Shown here in pieces: positions 44,283 through 53,001 of a stretch of 64,000 nucleotides of DNA. How positions within the stretch are numbered: position 1 is the stretch's first letter; every line of letters starts with the position of its first letter. A program made the position numbers and the translations under genes. The notes beneath the pieces are model-generated. The model was given only the letters and a program-made list of their open reading frames with translations, ran no database searches and was not told the DNA's origin. This stretch comes from Campylobacterota bacterium (GTDB lineage Bacteria > Campylobacterota > Campylobacteria > Campylobacterales > Sulfurovaceae), in contig JAYEJF010000035.1 in NCBI GenBank assembly GCA_034660455.1, positions 16,436-80,435 on the forward strand, read 5' to 3'.

Positions 44283-44788
44283 TTCAAAAACCCCATCACC
44301 TTCTCATCTGCCACTTCGGAACTAGCGATAAGCTCATCCAAAGCCTTTTTGAGTTCTTTGTACTGCTTATCACTCTTTCTCTCTACTTCTATAAGTTGTT
44401 TGGCTAAGGCGTTGTAGTGTTTACTGAACTCACGTAGTTTTTTGAACGTTCTTATGATGGCTATGTTTGTTTGAACAGCCACTTTACTATTGAGAACAGT
44501 GGCCAACATGTATATGCCTTCTTCTGTAAAAGCGTACGGCGCTTTACGCATACCCATGATCTCTTTGTTGGATGTCGCAAATTGCGACTTCCAATCTTTT
44601 AACTCAATTTCATTCAACTGAAACATAAAATCATCAGGGAATCTGTCAATATTTCTTTTTACCTGCTCATTAAGTCTTCTTGTTTCCACATGATACAGCT
44701 CAGCCAAATCCCTATCTAACATCACCTGCTTACCACGTAAAGTCAAAATACGACTACTTATCTCACCTTGTATGATTAACTCTTCCAT
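44279..44788 (-). CDS. ORF6N-domain (KilA-N-related) DNA-binding protein
   Basis: The stretch ILTLRGKQVMLDRDLAELYHVETRRLNEQVKRNIDRFPDDFMFQL is the ORF6N signature. The gene overlaps radC by 4 nt. Confidence 0.8.
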   Translation of the reverse strand: MEELIIQGEISSRILTLRGKQVMLDRDLAELYHVETRRLNEQVKRNIDRFPDDFMFQLNEIELKDWKSQFATSNKEIMGMRKAPYAFTEEGIYMLATVLNSKVAVQTNIAIIRTFKKLREFSKHYNALAKQLIEVERKSDKQYKELKKALDELIASSEVADEKVMGFLK

Positions 44789-44863
44789 GACACTCTCCTA
44801 GATACACTAAAAACATGATAATGGAAAAAATAGCCCTAAGGGGAAAATATGTCAAATTGTCAT

Positions 44864-46582
44864 TTAATCTAAAAACAACATACAGACACGAAGGTCATCA
44901 TAACTCACTTTCCCCTCTAAAGCCTCATATACAGGCTTTAGACGTAACTGACCCTCTTGCGAAAAGTTCTCTTTCATCTTTTTAGTTTTAAGCTTTAAGA
45001 CGACATCTTCTACAGGGTTGAAAATCTCATCTTTAGGTTTATACTTTTCAATATCCAGTTGAGGGTTCTCCTCTTTTAGTTGTGCCAGATGATGGATAAT
45101 GGTACTTTTTCCCAAACCTCTGTGAATCGCTAGTTTTACAAGGGTATCAGACTTCTCTATGAGTCTCTCTGTCTTCTTGTAGGTAGGTGTGACATACGCA
45201 GAGTGTGAGGGCTTACCCTCTTTGATGTTTTGTCTCTCTTCTTCAATCTTCTCTTTAGTCACCACACCGCCAAGCTGTGAGATATGGCTTTCAAAAATGG
45301 ATTCAAGGCGCTCTTTGGAGAACGCTTCTATGCTAGTGGCTGCTTTTTGTGATGCACTCTTAATACGCGCATCAACATGTAATATGAGTGGGTCTACCTG
45401 CAGTGCCGTCTCATTTAAACCCATCAGCCTTAATCCCTCAATGTTCTTAATGCGTGAGAGTGCCACATACCCCTGTCCACGCTCAAAGGTCTTAGAGAGA
45501 TCTATCTCTGCGGCGTCAAGTGTCATCCCTTGCGACTTGTGTATGGTAATCGCCCATGCCAGACGCAAAGGTACTTGTGAGACGGTAGCCGTTACCTTGC
45601 CACTCTCATTTTCAAGTGACCACTCTTCGGGTTCTACCTTTATCTTTTTTCCCTCTCTCGTACGTATGATTGGCATGTTGTCTACAGGACTAAAACTCTC
45701 TACCTTACCTGTCGTACCATTGACATAGCCTGATTCAGGATTGTTTTTAATGAAGATGACCACTGCACCCTTTTTCAGTGCCAACGCTTCTAACACCAAG
45801 GAAGACTTAAAAATCTTCTCTATGTTCTTCTCACTCCCTTTATGGTCACACACAAAGTGTTTAGACTCACCCCCTAGTTTCGCTAATTCATCTAAGTTTA
45901 TACGGTCTACATCTACATTATGTGTGTAGAGTTTTGTAGGGGTAGCGATAGTAAGTTCTTTTTCATGTCTGCTTGCGAGTAAAGCTTCTGAGGATTTTGA
46001 GATACTTCCCAAACGTATATCATCGAGTATCTGTATGAGTCTTTCATCATCTTGTCTAAATTTCTCTTGGAGGTAACATGTCTGTAATTCAAGTGCTTTC
46101 CATGAGGGAGACTGCCATGCAAAACGCTTCTCTTTGGGTACTTTAGAGACGGGAGGTAACTGAAAAAAATCTCCGGATATCACAACCTGTACGCCACCAA
46201 AAGGGGCATCCATTCCTTTAAAGCCACGCAAGATGAGATCCATTGAAGAGAAAAGCTCAGGGGAAATCATAGAGACTTCATCGATTATGAGCACTTTAAG
46301 CTTCTTAAACCGTGTCTGCAAATATTTTTTATCAAGTAAAAAATCTACATACCCCTCATCCATGCTCTCTCGTATGCCCAAAGCAAAAAAGGCGTGTATC
46401 GTCTGCCCGCCTAAATGCGATGCTGCTATGCCTGTAGGGGCAACAATGGTCGGGTAAATTCTGCGTTCTTTTAAATACTGCGTATAACGGTTGAGAAGGT
46501 AAGTCTTCCCCGTTCCCGCTGAACCTGTGATAAATACATTTTTCCCTGATTTCAGTATGTTCAATGCTCTGTTTTGTTTCAT
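44864..46582 (-). CDS. Pif1/RecD-like SF1 DNA helicase with a C-terminal HTH domain
   Basis: Motifs present are VFITGSAGTGKTY, LIIDEVSM, FQLPPV and ITIHKSQGMTLD. I prefer the ATG at 46580-46582 (MKQNRALNIL) because the 54-aa extension in the track ORF is hydrophobic, looks like junk and abuts the divergent gene. Confidence 0.8.
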   Translation of the reverse strand: MKQNRALNILKSGKNVFITGSAGTGKTYLLNRYTQYLKERRIYPTIVAPTGIAASHLGGQTIHAFFALGIRESMDEGYVDFLLDKKYLQTRFKKLKVLIIDEVSMISPELFSSMDLILRGFKGMDAPFGGVQVVISGDFFQLPPVSKVPKEKRFAWQSPSWKALELQTCYLQEKFRQDDERLIQILDDIRLGSISKSSEALLASRHEKELTIATPTKLYTHNVDVDRINLDELAKLGGESKHFVCDHKGSEKNIEKIFKSSLVLEALALKKGAVVIFIKNNPESGYVNGTTGKVESFSPVDNMPIIRTREGKKIKVEPEEWSLENESGKVTATVSQVPLRLAWAITIHKSQGMTLDAAEIDLSKTFERGQGYVALSRIKNIEGLRLMGLNETALQVDPLILHVDARIKSASQKAATSIEAFSKERLESIFESHISQLGGVVTKEKIEEERQNIKEGKPSHSAYVTPTYKKTERLIEKSDTLVKLAIHRGLGKSTIIHHLAQLKEENPQLDIEKYKPKDEIFNPVEDVVLKLKTKKMKENFSQEGQLRLKPVYEALEGKVSYDDLRVCMLFLD

Positions 46583-46744
46583 GGGCGTATTATACATGAT
46601 TACCGCAGGAAGTAAATAGCTCTTTTTAAACGCCATCCTCTTTTTATATAACATATAGTTATCGTATATATAAGTAATTAATATAGTTTTAAGGATATTA
46701 CTATATACTATTATCGTCACAAATAAATATAATAAGGAAAACAA

Positions 46745-47308
46745 ATGAAAAAAATACTAATTCTATCAATCATCTCACTATTGGCAATGGTCAATGTACA
46801 AGCGGAAACAAAAACGGACATAGAGCTATGTAAAGCATTTATCAACAAAGCAAAAGCATATCAATCGACAATGAAAGAGGATCATATTTCTCAAGCAACG
46901 TTTGCATTCTATAAAGATGAAGTAGTAAACAATTGTGGAAATATTGCATCAAGTATGCCATATAGCAAAGACTTTTTTGCTACACAACTTATGAAAAGTG
47001 ATAGAGCCACTGCAAAAAATTGTAAATTGTCTATCAAGATGGCACAAACGTATGTAGAGACTGAAGAGATGTCTCCTTTTTTAACACATGCACACAAAGT
47101 AAATATCATTGATCACTGTGGTACACTTGTAGCAAAAAAAGAGTCTGCAAACTGTCTTTTTAATGTGGTTGACAACTCTAAAGAAGATTTAAAAGAGCGT
47201 TGTGTCGCTTCAATTGAAAAGGCACATAGTGCGAAAAATCCGGATGCATTAAAAATGCATAAAGAAGCTGTCATTGCCAACTGTGGAAAACTACAGGCAA
47301 ATCTTTAA
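46745..47308 (+). CDS. periplasmic protein with three Cys-pair repeats (C-x3-I-x-K-A ... [NH]-C-G)
   Basis: The signal peptide is MKKILILSIISLLAMVNVQA. The three repeats are CKAFINKAKAY..VVNNCGNIA, CKLSIKMAQTY..IIDHCGTLVA and CVASIEKAHSA..VIANCGKLQA. Confidence 0.55.
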   Translation: MKKILILSIISLLAMVNVQAETKTDIELCKAFINKAKAYQSTMKEDHISQATFAFYKDEVVNNCGNIASSMPYSKDFFATQLMKSDRATAKNCKLSIKMAQTYVETEEMSPFLTHAHKVNIIDHCGTLVAKKESANCLFNVVDNSKEDLKERCVASIEKAHSAKNPDALKMHKEAVIANCGKLQANL

Positions 47309-47445
47309 TCGAAACTGCCAACATTTTCATACAAAGTGTTGGTTGTCTATAATCTACAAACCTACTTCAATTAACCATACCGTAATATCCTACCCTTACT
47401 TCTTTCAGTAAATGCAAGCAGTGCATCACGGTTTCACTATCTGGA

Positions 47446-47802
47446 TTACCTACGTCGCATTGACATACCCGAAGGTCTACTCATAGGTCGTGAAGGCATT
47501 GTTGACGGTCTTCCTACAGAGGGTCTTCCTACAGAAGGTCTTGTATGTGCAGGTAATGTTGTCGGTCTATCGGGTCTCTCTATGGGACGATCAGGTTTGT
47601 TTGGTCTATCTGGTCTGTGGGGAGGTCTATAGTAGGGCGGTCTATACACCCCGCCGTAATACCCTCCGCCATAACCATAATGAGGGTAACCGTATCCGCC
47701 ATATACAGAATAGCCCACCGATGTTGTGCCCGTACAGCCTGATAGAGATAAGGCCAATGCCGCCATAGACATTGTTGCTGCCAATTTAATTTTGCCCTTC
47801 AT
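47446..47802 (-). CDS. low-complexity lipoprotein (Gly/Tyr-rich then Pro/Arg-rich)
   Basis: The ATG at 47800-47802 shares its A with the upstream TGA. The lipobox is LALSLSGC. The low-complexity segments are GYSVYGGYGYPHYGYGGGYYGG and RPDRPNKPDRPIERPDRP..RPSVGRPSVGRPS. Confidence 0.6.
   Translation of the reverse strand: MKGKIKLAATMSMAALALSLSGCTGTTSVGYSVYGGYGYPHYGYGGGYYGGVYRPPYYRPPHRPDRPNKPDRPIERPDRPTTLPAHTRPSVGRPSVGRPSTMPSRPMSRPSGMSMRRR
47507..47542 (-). repeat. 15-bp tandem repeat, 2.4 copies (ggtcttcctacagaR), inside the lipoprotein gene
   Basis: This was read directly and encodes RPSVG-RPSVG-RP. Confidence 0.85.
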
Positions 47803-48683
47803 CACTTCTTCCCTTCCGACCATCGTTGTAAAATGAGGTGTGCACCCGAATTATCTGCTATCACTGCTACATCACCATTCATCAATGATTGATCAGGCTT
47901 CATTAAGACTTTACCTCCGAGTTTTTCAACCTTCGAGAGAAGTTTTTGGGGATTATCCACACGGATAACAGGAACCCAGTGCTCATCTATATCATCCCTC
48001 ACAACATGCCTAATCCCCGCACGCCACTCTCCTTTGTGTATTAAGATTAGATAATCTTCTCTGCTAATGGAGCTATCATAGTGCCCTAACTTACGATAAA
48101 ATGCATCACTCTCTTTAGGATACTTTGACCAAAGCTCATTCCATAGCCAATCTCCTATCCTAGGTGTGGCATCTAGCGGGTCTCCGCCTTTTGCTTGAAG
48201 CAAGACAATGTGTGCACCATGCGGATCACTGATGAGTACCCCTTTCCCTCTCTCTTGCATATCTAAAGGGCCTTTAAGTACTTTACCACCCTTACGCTCT
48301 ACATATTTTACGGCATTCTCAATACCCTTCACAGACATCGAAGGGAGCCAAACTGCCTCAGATGCGCTTCCCGTTTTAGCTGCCACTTCCATCATCCCAC
48401 CAATCAACTTTCCATCATTATAAATAGTGGAATAGTGATTCATGTCTTCAAATCTCCAGCCTAAAAGGCCTCCATAAAATGCTTTGGCTTTAGTAATATC
48501 ATCCGTCAAAAGATCATGCCAGACAAATTTGCCTGAATAGTGTTTATCTGTAGCACTCTTGGTAATTGCAGGCAGAGAGAGTGTTTCTTTGGGGGGCGTA
48601 GGAGTATTGACGCCAGTACACCCTATTAAAAGTAACGAAAGCGATACAATCGATATCTCTGAAAGCCATCTGTATTTGTTCAT
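47802..48683 (-). CDS. VOC (glyoxalase/bleomycin-resistance fold) lipoprotein with two domains
   Basis: The lipobox is LLLIGCTG. The stretch FVWHDLLTDDITKAKAFYGGLLGWRF fits a VOC domain, and there is a second similar half. The ATG at 48681-48683 with AAAGGA is preferred over the track TTG at 48713. Confidence 0.6.
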   Translation of the reverse strand: MNKYRWLSEISIVSLSLLLIGCTGVNTPTPPKETLSLPAITKSATDKHYSGKFVWHDLLTDDITKAKAFYGGLLGWRFEDMNHYSTIYNDGKLIGGMMEVAAKTGSASEAVWLPSMSVKGIENAVKYVERKGGKVLKGPLDMQERGKGVLISDPHGAHIVLLQAKGGDPLDATPRIGDWLWNELWSKYPKESDAFYRKLGHYDSSISREDYLILIHKGEWRAGIRHVVRDDIDEHWVPVIRVDNPQKLLSKVEKLGGKVLMKPDQSLMNGDVAVIADNSGAHLILQRWSEGKK

Positions 48684-48714
48684 TTCTGTATCCTTTGCTA
48701 GATAATCGTCCAAG

Positions 48715-48951
48715 CTATTTTACTTGAGCCGGATTACAATTTTTTCTTCCTGAAAACCAACCGTTTTTATATTCACTATCTGCATTAAAAGCATCGCTAT
48801 CTTTCGTATATGCTCCTGAAGCTGTCGTACAGCCATCTTTTTCACCCCGTTCAAAACTCGGACTCTTCACTACCGGTGTAGCGGTTGAACTTGTACATGC
48901 ATTGAGTAAAAGAAGTACCACTGTCATCAATACTACATTTAGAATTTTCAT
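48715..48951 (-). CDS. small lipoprotein
   Basis: It has the lipobox LLLLNAC, is 78 aa long, and is the first gene of a three-gene lipoprotein operon. Confidence 0.55.
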   Translation of the reverse strand: MKILNVVLMTVVLLLLNACTSSTATPVVKSPSFERGEKDGCTTASGAYTKDSDAFNADSEYKNGWFSGRKNCNPAQVK

Positions 48952-49078
48952 TGCTCTTTCCTTTTATGATTTATACTAAAAAAGTATATCAAACTCTCTA
49001 TTGGTTAATGATAAATTCCAATAAAAACACTATAATTAAACACAAAATTTTAATATAAACATAGTGAAGGAAAACATC

Positions 49079-49720
49079 ATGAAAAAACTATTGTCGATTG
49101 GATTGCTGCTACTGTTCTGTACACAATTTCTATCTGCGGAAGATACAAAAAGTAAAGTATTCCCCTTAAGTAAATCAAAGTTTGCCGTGTTAGATAAAAA
49201 TGGTGAAGAGAGTATTGTTGATCTTGCAGGGCAAAGTTACATCGTGGTTTCTGTAAGAGAAAAAGGTGCAGACGGTGCGGCCTATGCTATAGACCGAGAC
49301 GGTGTCATATGGTGGGCAGCTATCATATCTTCAGGAGCCAAAGGGCATGAAACGCCTTCTGGTATCTTCACTATTTTTAGAAAAGAGCGTTTTTATATGT
49401 CAAAAGCACACCCCGATCCAAAAGGTATTAACAACATGGATTTTTCATTATGGTTTACACATAGAGGACATGCTATCCATATGGGGAATGATGATGCCAT
49501 GTCTCATGGGTGTATCCATGTAGGACATAAAGGTGCCCAGAGTATGTTCAACTGGGCAAAAAAAGACAAAACAAAAGTCGTCATCACAAGAGAACACTAT
49601 ATGCCATTTGCCTATTATGACTTGAAAAAAGCAGGATACAAAGAGACTGAAAAGACGCCTGCTCACATCAAAGCTGCCATTAGGGCATTTCCGCCGGTTA
49701 TGCCAAAAATGGATGAATAA
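49079..49720 (+). CDS. L,D-transpeptidase (YkuD domain)
   Basis: The catalytic motif is SHGCIHV. The ATG at 49079 is preceded by GAAGGA, whereas the track start is a GTG at 49064. A signal peptide is present. Confidence 0.8.
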   Translation: MKKLLSIGLLLLFCTQFLSAEDTKSKVFPLSKSKFAVLDKNGEESIVDLAGQSYIVVSVREKGADGAAYAIDRDGVIWWAAIISSGAKGHETPSGIFTIFRKERFYMSKAHPDPKGINNMDFSLWFTHRGHAIHMGNDDAMSHGCIHVGHKGAQSMFNWAKKDKTKVVITREHYMPFAYYDLKKAGYKETEKTPAHIKAAIRAFPPVMPKMDE

Positions 49721-49744
49721 TCAAAAAGATGCTACAAGTTCAGA

Positions 49745-50197
49745 TTAAAAGTAATGCACCCCTATATAAATCTCCGCTTCATCCATAGAAGTATAGCGTT
49801 CAAAATCCGTCTCATAGGCCCGACGCTCATCAATGCTCGGATCTTCAAAATAGGCCCAAACCTGCTTCCAAGTATCTATAATGGCAGCAGGCATCTCACC
49901 TTTGACAGGAAATTTAAGATATCTCCCCTCCTGTAGTGTTACAGAATCTAATGTTTCATCACACACTTCACTGCCTACCAATACATCAAACGCACCAAAG
50001 GCATCCGACTCATAATTGCTATAGACACCATACAATGGAGTACCCTCTGCTAAAGTCGGTAGAATTTCTGAATAAAGACGATTCCATAACGGTGCTATCT
50101 TCCCTGTAGCAGGATTCATCTCATCGGAATTTTTAGTTCGTGTTTGCAATCCATAAATAGTTTTAGTTGTGATATTTACTTTTTTTATGTTTGGCAT
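49745..50197 (-). CDS. GyrI-like small-molecule-binding domain protein
   Basis: The stretches YGLQTRTKN..IAPLWNRLY..LYGVYSNYESD..FDVLVG..YLKFPVKG..TWKQVW..RAYETDFERY follow the GyrI-like/SbmC pattern. Confidence 0.6.
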   Translation of the reverse strand: MPNIKKVNITTKTIYGLQTRTKNSDEMNPATGKIAPLWNRLYSEILPTLAEGTPLYGVYSNYESDAFGAFDVLVGSEVCDETLDSVTLQEGRYLKFPVKGEMPAAIIDTWKQVWAYFEDPSIDERRAYETDFERYTSMDEAEIYIGVHYF

Positions 50198-50250
50198 GCA
50201 TCTCCTTTATTCTCATATATTAAGAGAGTATTCTAACCTAAAACAGATTG

Positions 50251-51180
50251 TCATTGATTGATATTTTGTCCAATAAACCTATCAATAAGCTCTGCTGTTT
50301 TTTTCGGTTTTTCTAGCGGTGGCATATGACCTGTATCTTTTAACAGTCGCAGTTGACTCCCCGCAATGGTATGATGAAAGAGTGTGGCGTTGTCTACATG
50401 GGTCAGCCTGTCTTTATCTCCCCAGAGAATCAGTGTTGGTATCTGAATATTTTTTACAACATCACTTAAATTTACATCTTGCATCATCGCTTCATAAATC
50501 ACCTTTTCCAATTCACGCCTTGCGCACTTTTGGGCAAGAAGTAGCTCTTGTATCGCCTCTGGAACATAGGGTTTTTTATGCATAATATAACTAAAAAGGG
50601 TCTCAAACTGCTCTTTCGTACAAACAGCATAGAGTTGATTGGTATCAGACACTTCAAGCAGTTTCACCCCGTCACTCTTTGTCGCTGTCATCCCAAAAGA
50701 GGCAATGAGTATCAGCGCACTTAAATTGTCTGCATGCGCTTGTGCATACCGCAATGCAATCGCACCACCCATGGAGTGACCAAGCAGATAAACCTCATTG
50801 ATATTTTTAGATTTTAAAAATAGGCTGACTCTTTTGGCTTGTTGTGCAAGGCTATAATCTAAACTCTTGGTTGAAACACTCTCTCCGTGTCCGGGAAGAT
50901 CAAGTACAATAACATGATATTTATCTTCTAATCCATCCACCACCCTGTACCAACTCTCTTTCGTCATACCAAACCCATGTATAAATACCAGTGTTTCATT
51001 ACTCTTGACGCCATTTTCAAGATATACGATCTCTCCAAAATCCAGCATAAGAGACTTTTTTTCCAAACCTGCACTGTAACGTTCATAGACCAGTACCGTT
51101 TCATAGAGGTTTTTTGGGGTAATAAAGATAACGCCAAACAGAACCAATAACAATAGAACAACAGCTCTTTGAATGGACAC
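50251..51180 (-). CDS. alpha/beta-fold hydrolase
   Basis: It has the HG motif FIHGFG, the nucleophile elbow LLGHSMGG, a late GHMP motif and an N-terminal anchor. Confidence 0.8.
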   Translation of the reverse strand: MSIQRAVVLLLLVLFGVIFITPKNLYETVLVYERYSAGLEKKSLMLDFGEIVYLENGVKSNETLVFIHGFGMTKESWYRVVDGLEDKYHVIVLDLPGHGESVSTKSLDYSLAQQAKRVSLFLKSKNINEVYLLGHSMGGAIALRYAQAHADNLSALILIASFGMTATKSDGVKLLEVSDTNQLYAVCTKEQFETLFSYIMHKKPYVPEAIQELLLAQKCARRELEKVIYEAMMQDVNLSDVVKNIQIPTLILWGDKDRLTHVDNATLFHHTIAGSQLRLLKDTGHMPPLEKPKKTAELIDRFIGQNINQ

Positions 51181-51191
51181 CCTCTACCCTC

Positions 51192-51986
51192 TTACTTCTC
51201 TCTTAGCACTGTTTTAAGCTCCTGTATCTCCCGACGTAGCCCCATCACCTCTTCATGTAACTCCTGAGTATGATTTTCTCTCACCTGCACCTGTTCAGCT
51301 TCATCACTTGCATTCATATCATTCATAGCATCGACGACAATGGCAATAATAAGATTGACAATGATAAAAGTAGACAAAAAGATAAACGGTACAAAAAATA
51401 CCCATGCTAAAGGATAGGTCTCCATCACAGGCCTGACTATACCCATAGACCATGACTCTAATGTCATCACTTGAAAGAGTGTATAAAATGACTCACCCAA
51501 AGAACCAAACCATTGAGGGAACTTTTCACCAAAAAGCTGTGTAGACATAATTGCAAAAATGTAAAAGAAGAGTGTCAAAAGTGCAGCAATTGAACCAATA
51601 CCCGGTATCACCTTAAGCAGTGCCACGACGATCTTTCTCATCTGCGGTACTACCGTAATGAGTCTAAAGAGTCTAAGTACACGTAAAACCCTAAATATCT
51701 CAAACCCTGCACTTGAAGGTACCAGTGAAATAGCCACAATCACAAAATCAAAAATAGACCAAGGGTCTTTAAAAAAAGAAGCTTTATAGACAGAAATTCT
51801 TAACACGATCTCTATCGTAAACACAGTCACAACAAAGGTATTAAAAAGCGTAAATAAAGAACCGTATTCTAGATGTAAAGCCTTAGATGTCTCTAGTCCC
51901 ATTGTTATACCATTGAGTATAATAAGCCCCATAATAAAATTTTGAAACTTATGATGCTCTACCAATTTTTGTATCATTTCCATCAT
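51192..51986 (-). CDS. bacterial voltage-gated sodium channel (NaChBac/NavAb type)
   Basis: The S4 segment is [23 protein letters not shown] and the selectivity filter is [12 protein letters not shown]. As I remember NavAb from Arcobacter butzleri, this protein is near-colinear with it. Confidence 0.9.
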   Translation of the reverse strand: MMEMIQKLVEHHKFQNFIMGLIILNGITMGLETSKALHLEYGSLFTLFNTFVVTVFTIEIVLRISVYKASFFKDPWSIFDFVIVAISLVPSSAGFEIFRVLRVLRLFRLITVVPQMRKIVVALLKVIPGIGSIAALLTLFFYIFAIMSTQLFGEKFPQWFGSLGESFYTLFQVMTLESWSMGIVRPVMETYPLAWVFFVPFIFLSTFIIVNLIIAIVVDAMNDMNASDEAEQVQVRENHTQELHEEVMGLRREIQELKTVLREK

Positions 51987-52107
51987 GATCTCCTTTTATT
52001 CATATCATCCATATGATTTTTTGGGATTATACTATTTTTATGATAACAAATCTTTAGGGGAAGTCTAATGATAAGTCAATTTTATTTCAGGTTTTCATCT
52101 ATACATT

Positions 52108-52953
52108 TTAAACAATCATCGCTTTAAGCGTATGTCTTTCACCAGGCTTTAACATCCGAGCATCTTCACCTGCATTTGCACTCTCTATACAAACCATTGT
52201 CTCATATCCCCCATCCAACATATCTACCATTTTTTGTGACTTTTCCAGCCAAGGGTTCCACACAACCACTGAGTTTGACCCCTCATGCCGCAAGGTTACT
52301 TTTTTTTGAGAATCTGACAGTGTCACGCTTTTTGAGGGTTCAAAATAGACGCGATCCACCTCTTCTTTCAAAACAATTTTTCCCTCTTGTCTATACGATT
52401 TTCCATCCAGATTATTATAATATTGCTTCCCTTCCAACCCTTCTATCGATACATGCTCTATATGAGAGATAGCAAAATAGGTATGGAGTGCACAACTCAG
52501 TTCAAAGGGTTTTGTATCTGTATTGGTTGTCGTTAAAGCCATTGTCAGTTGGTTTGAAACGAGAATGTCCAGTGTCACTTTAAAGGTGTAGTTCCAAAGT
52601 TTCAAAGTCTCCTTTGAAGAGACAAGTTCCAATCTTACATGACTACTCTCGTCATCCAACTCCTCTTCTAAAATGACCCTCCAGAGACTTGTACGCGCAA
52701 AACCGTGTTGAGGGAGCGTTGGATCTTCTCTCTTCTTCCCAAACCATGGAAAACAGATAGGTACACCACCTCTAATCGCTTTGCCCTCTTCAAAATAGGC
52801 TGCTTGGCTAAGCCACAGTAGAGGCGTTTTCTCTTTCACTTGATAGTGAAAAAGATGTGCACCTTGTAAGGCAATCTTCGCGTAAGCATAGCTGTTTTCA
52901 ATTTCCACATATTGAAAGCCGTTAGTGAGTTGTTTTTCTCTTATCAAGTTCAT
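52108..52953 (-). CDS. D-hexose-6-phosphate mutarotase (aldose 1-epimerase family, YeaD-like)
   Basis: The motifs IRGGVPICFPWFG and PQHGFAR fit the family, and the protein is 281 aa long. Confidence 0.75.
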   Translation of the reverse strand: MNLIREKQLTNGFQYVEIENSYAYAKIALQGAHLFHYQVKEKTPLLWLSQAAYFEEGKAIRGGVPICFPWFGKKREDPTLPQHGFARTSLWRVILEEELDDESSHVRLELVSSKETLKLWNYTFKVTLDILVSNQLTMALTTTNTDTKPFELSCALHTYFAISHIEHVSIEGLEGKQYYNNLDGKSYRQEGKIVLKEEVDRVYFEPSKSVTLSDSQKKVTLRHEGSNSVVVWNPWLEKSQKMVDMLDGGYETMVCIESANAGEDARMLKPGERHTLKAMIV

Positions 52954-53001
52954 ACCTCTTTAAAATTTTAATGCTATCCTCTCCACGCCTAGTTAGAAAA
53001 A

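Noticed and set aside
45189-45728. A 179-aa plus-strand ORF inside the helicase gene
   Set aside because: It is antisense to conserved helicase motifs, and its Ser/Cys-rich translation has no recognisable features.
46583-46744. The 54-aa N-terminal extension of the helicase ORF (MFSLLYLFVTIIVYSNILK..)
   Set aside because: It is hydrophobic and low-complexity. It runs up to the first base of the divergent gene at 46745, leaving no promoter space. The Walker A motif follows shortly after the internal Met at 46582.
48590-48595. A G6/C6 run inside the VOC lipoprotein gene, considered as a second phase-variable tract
   Set aside because: It has only six residues and encodes Pro-Pro in frame. This is below the length at which slippage is usually significant.
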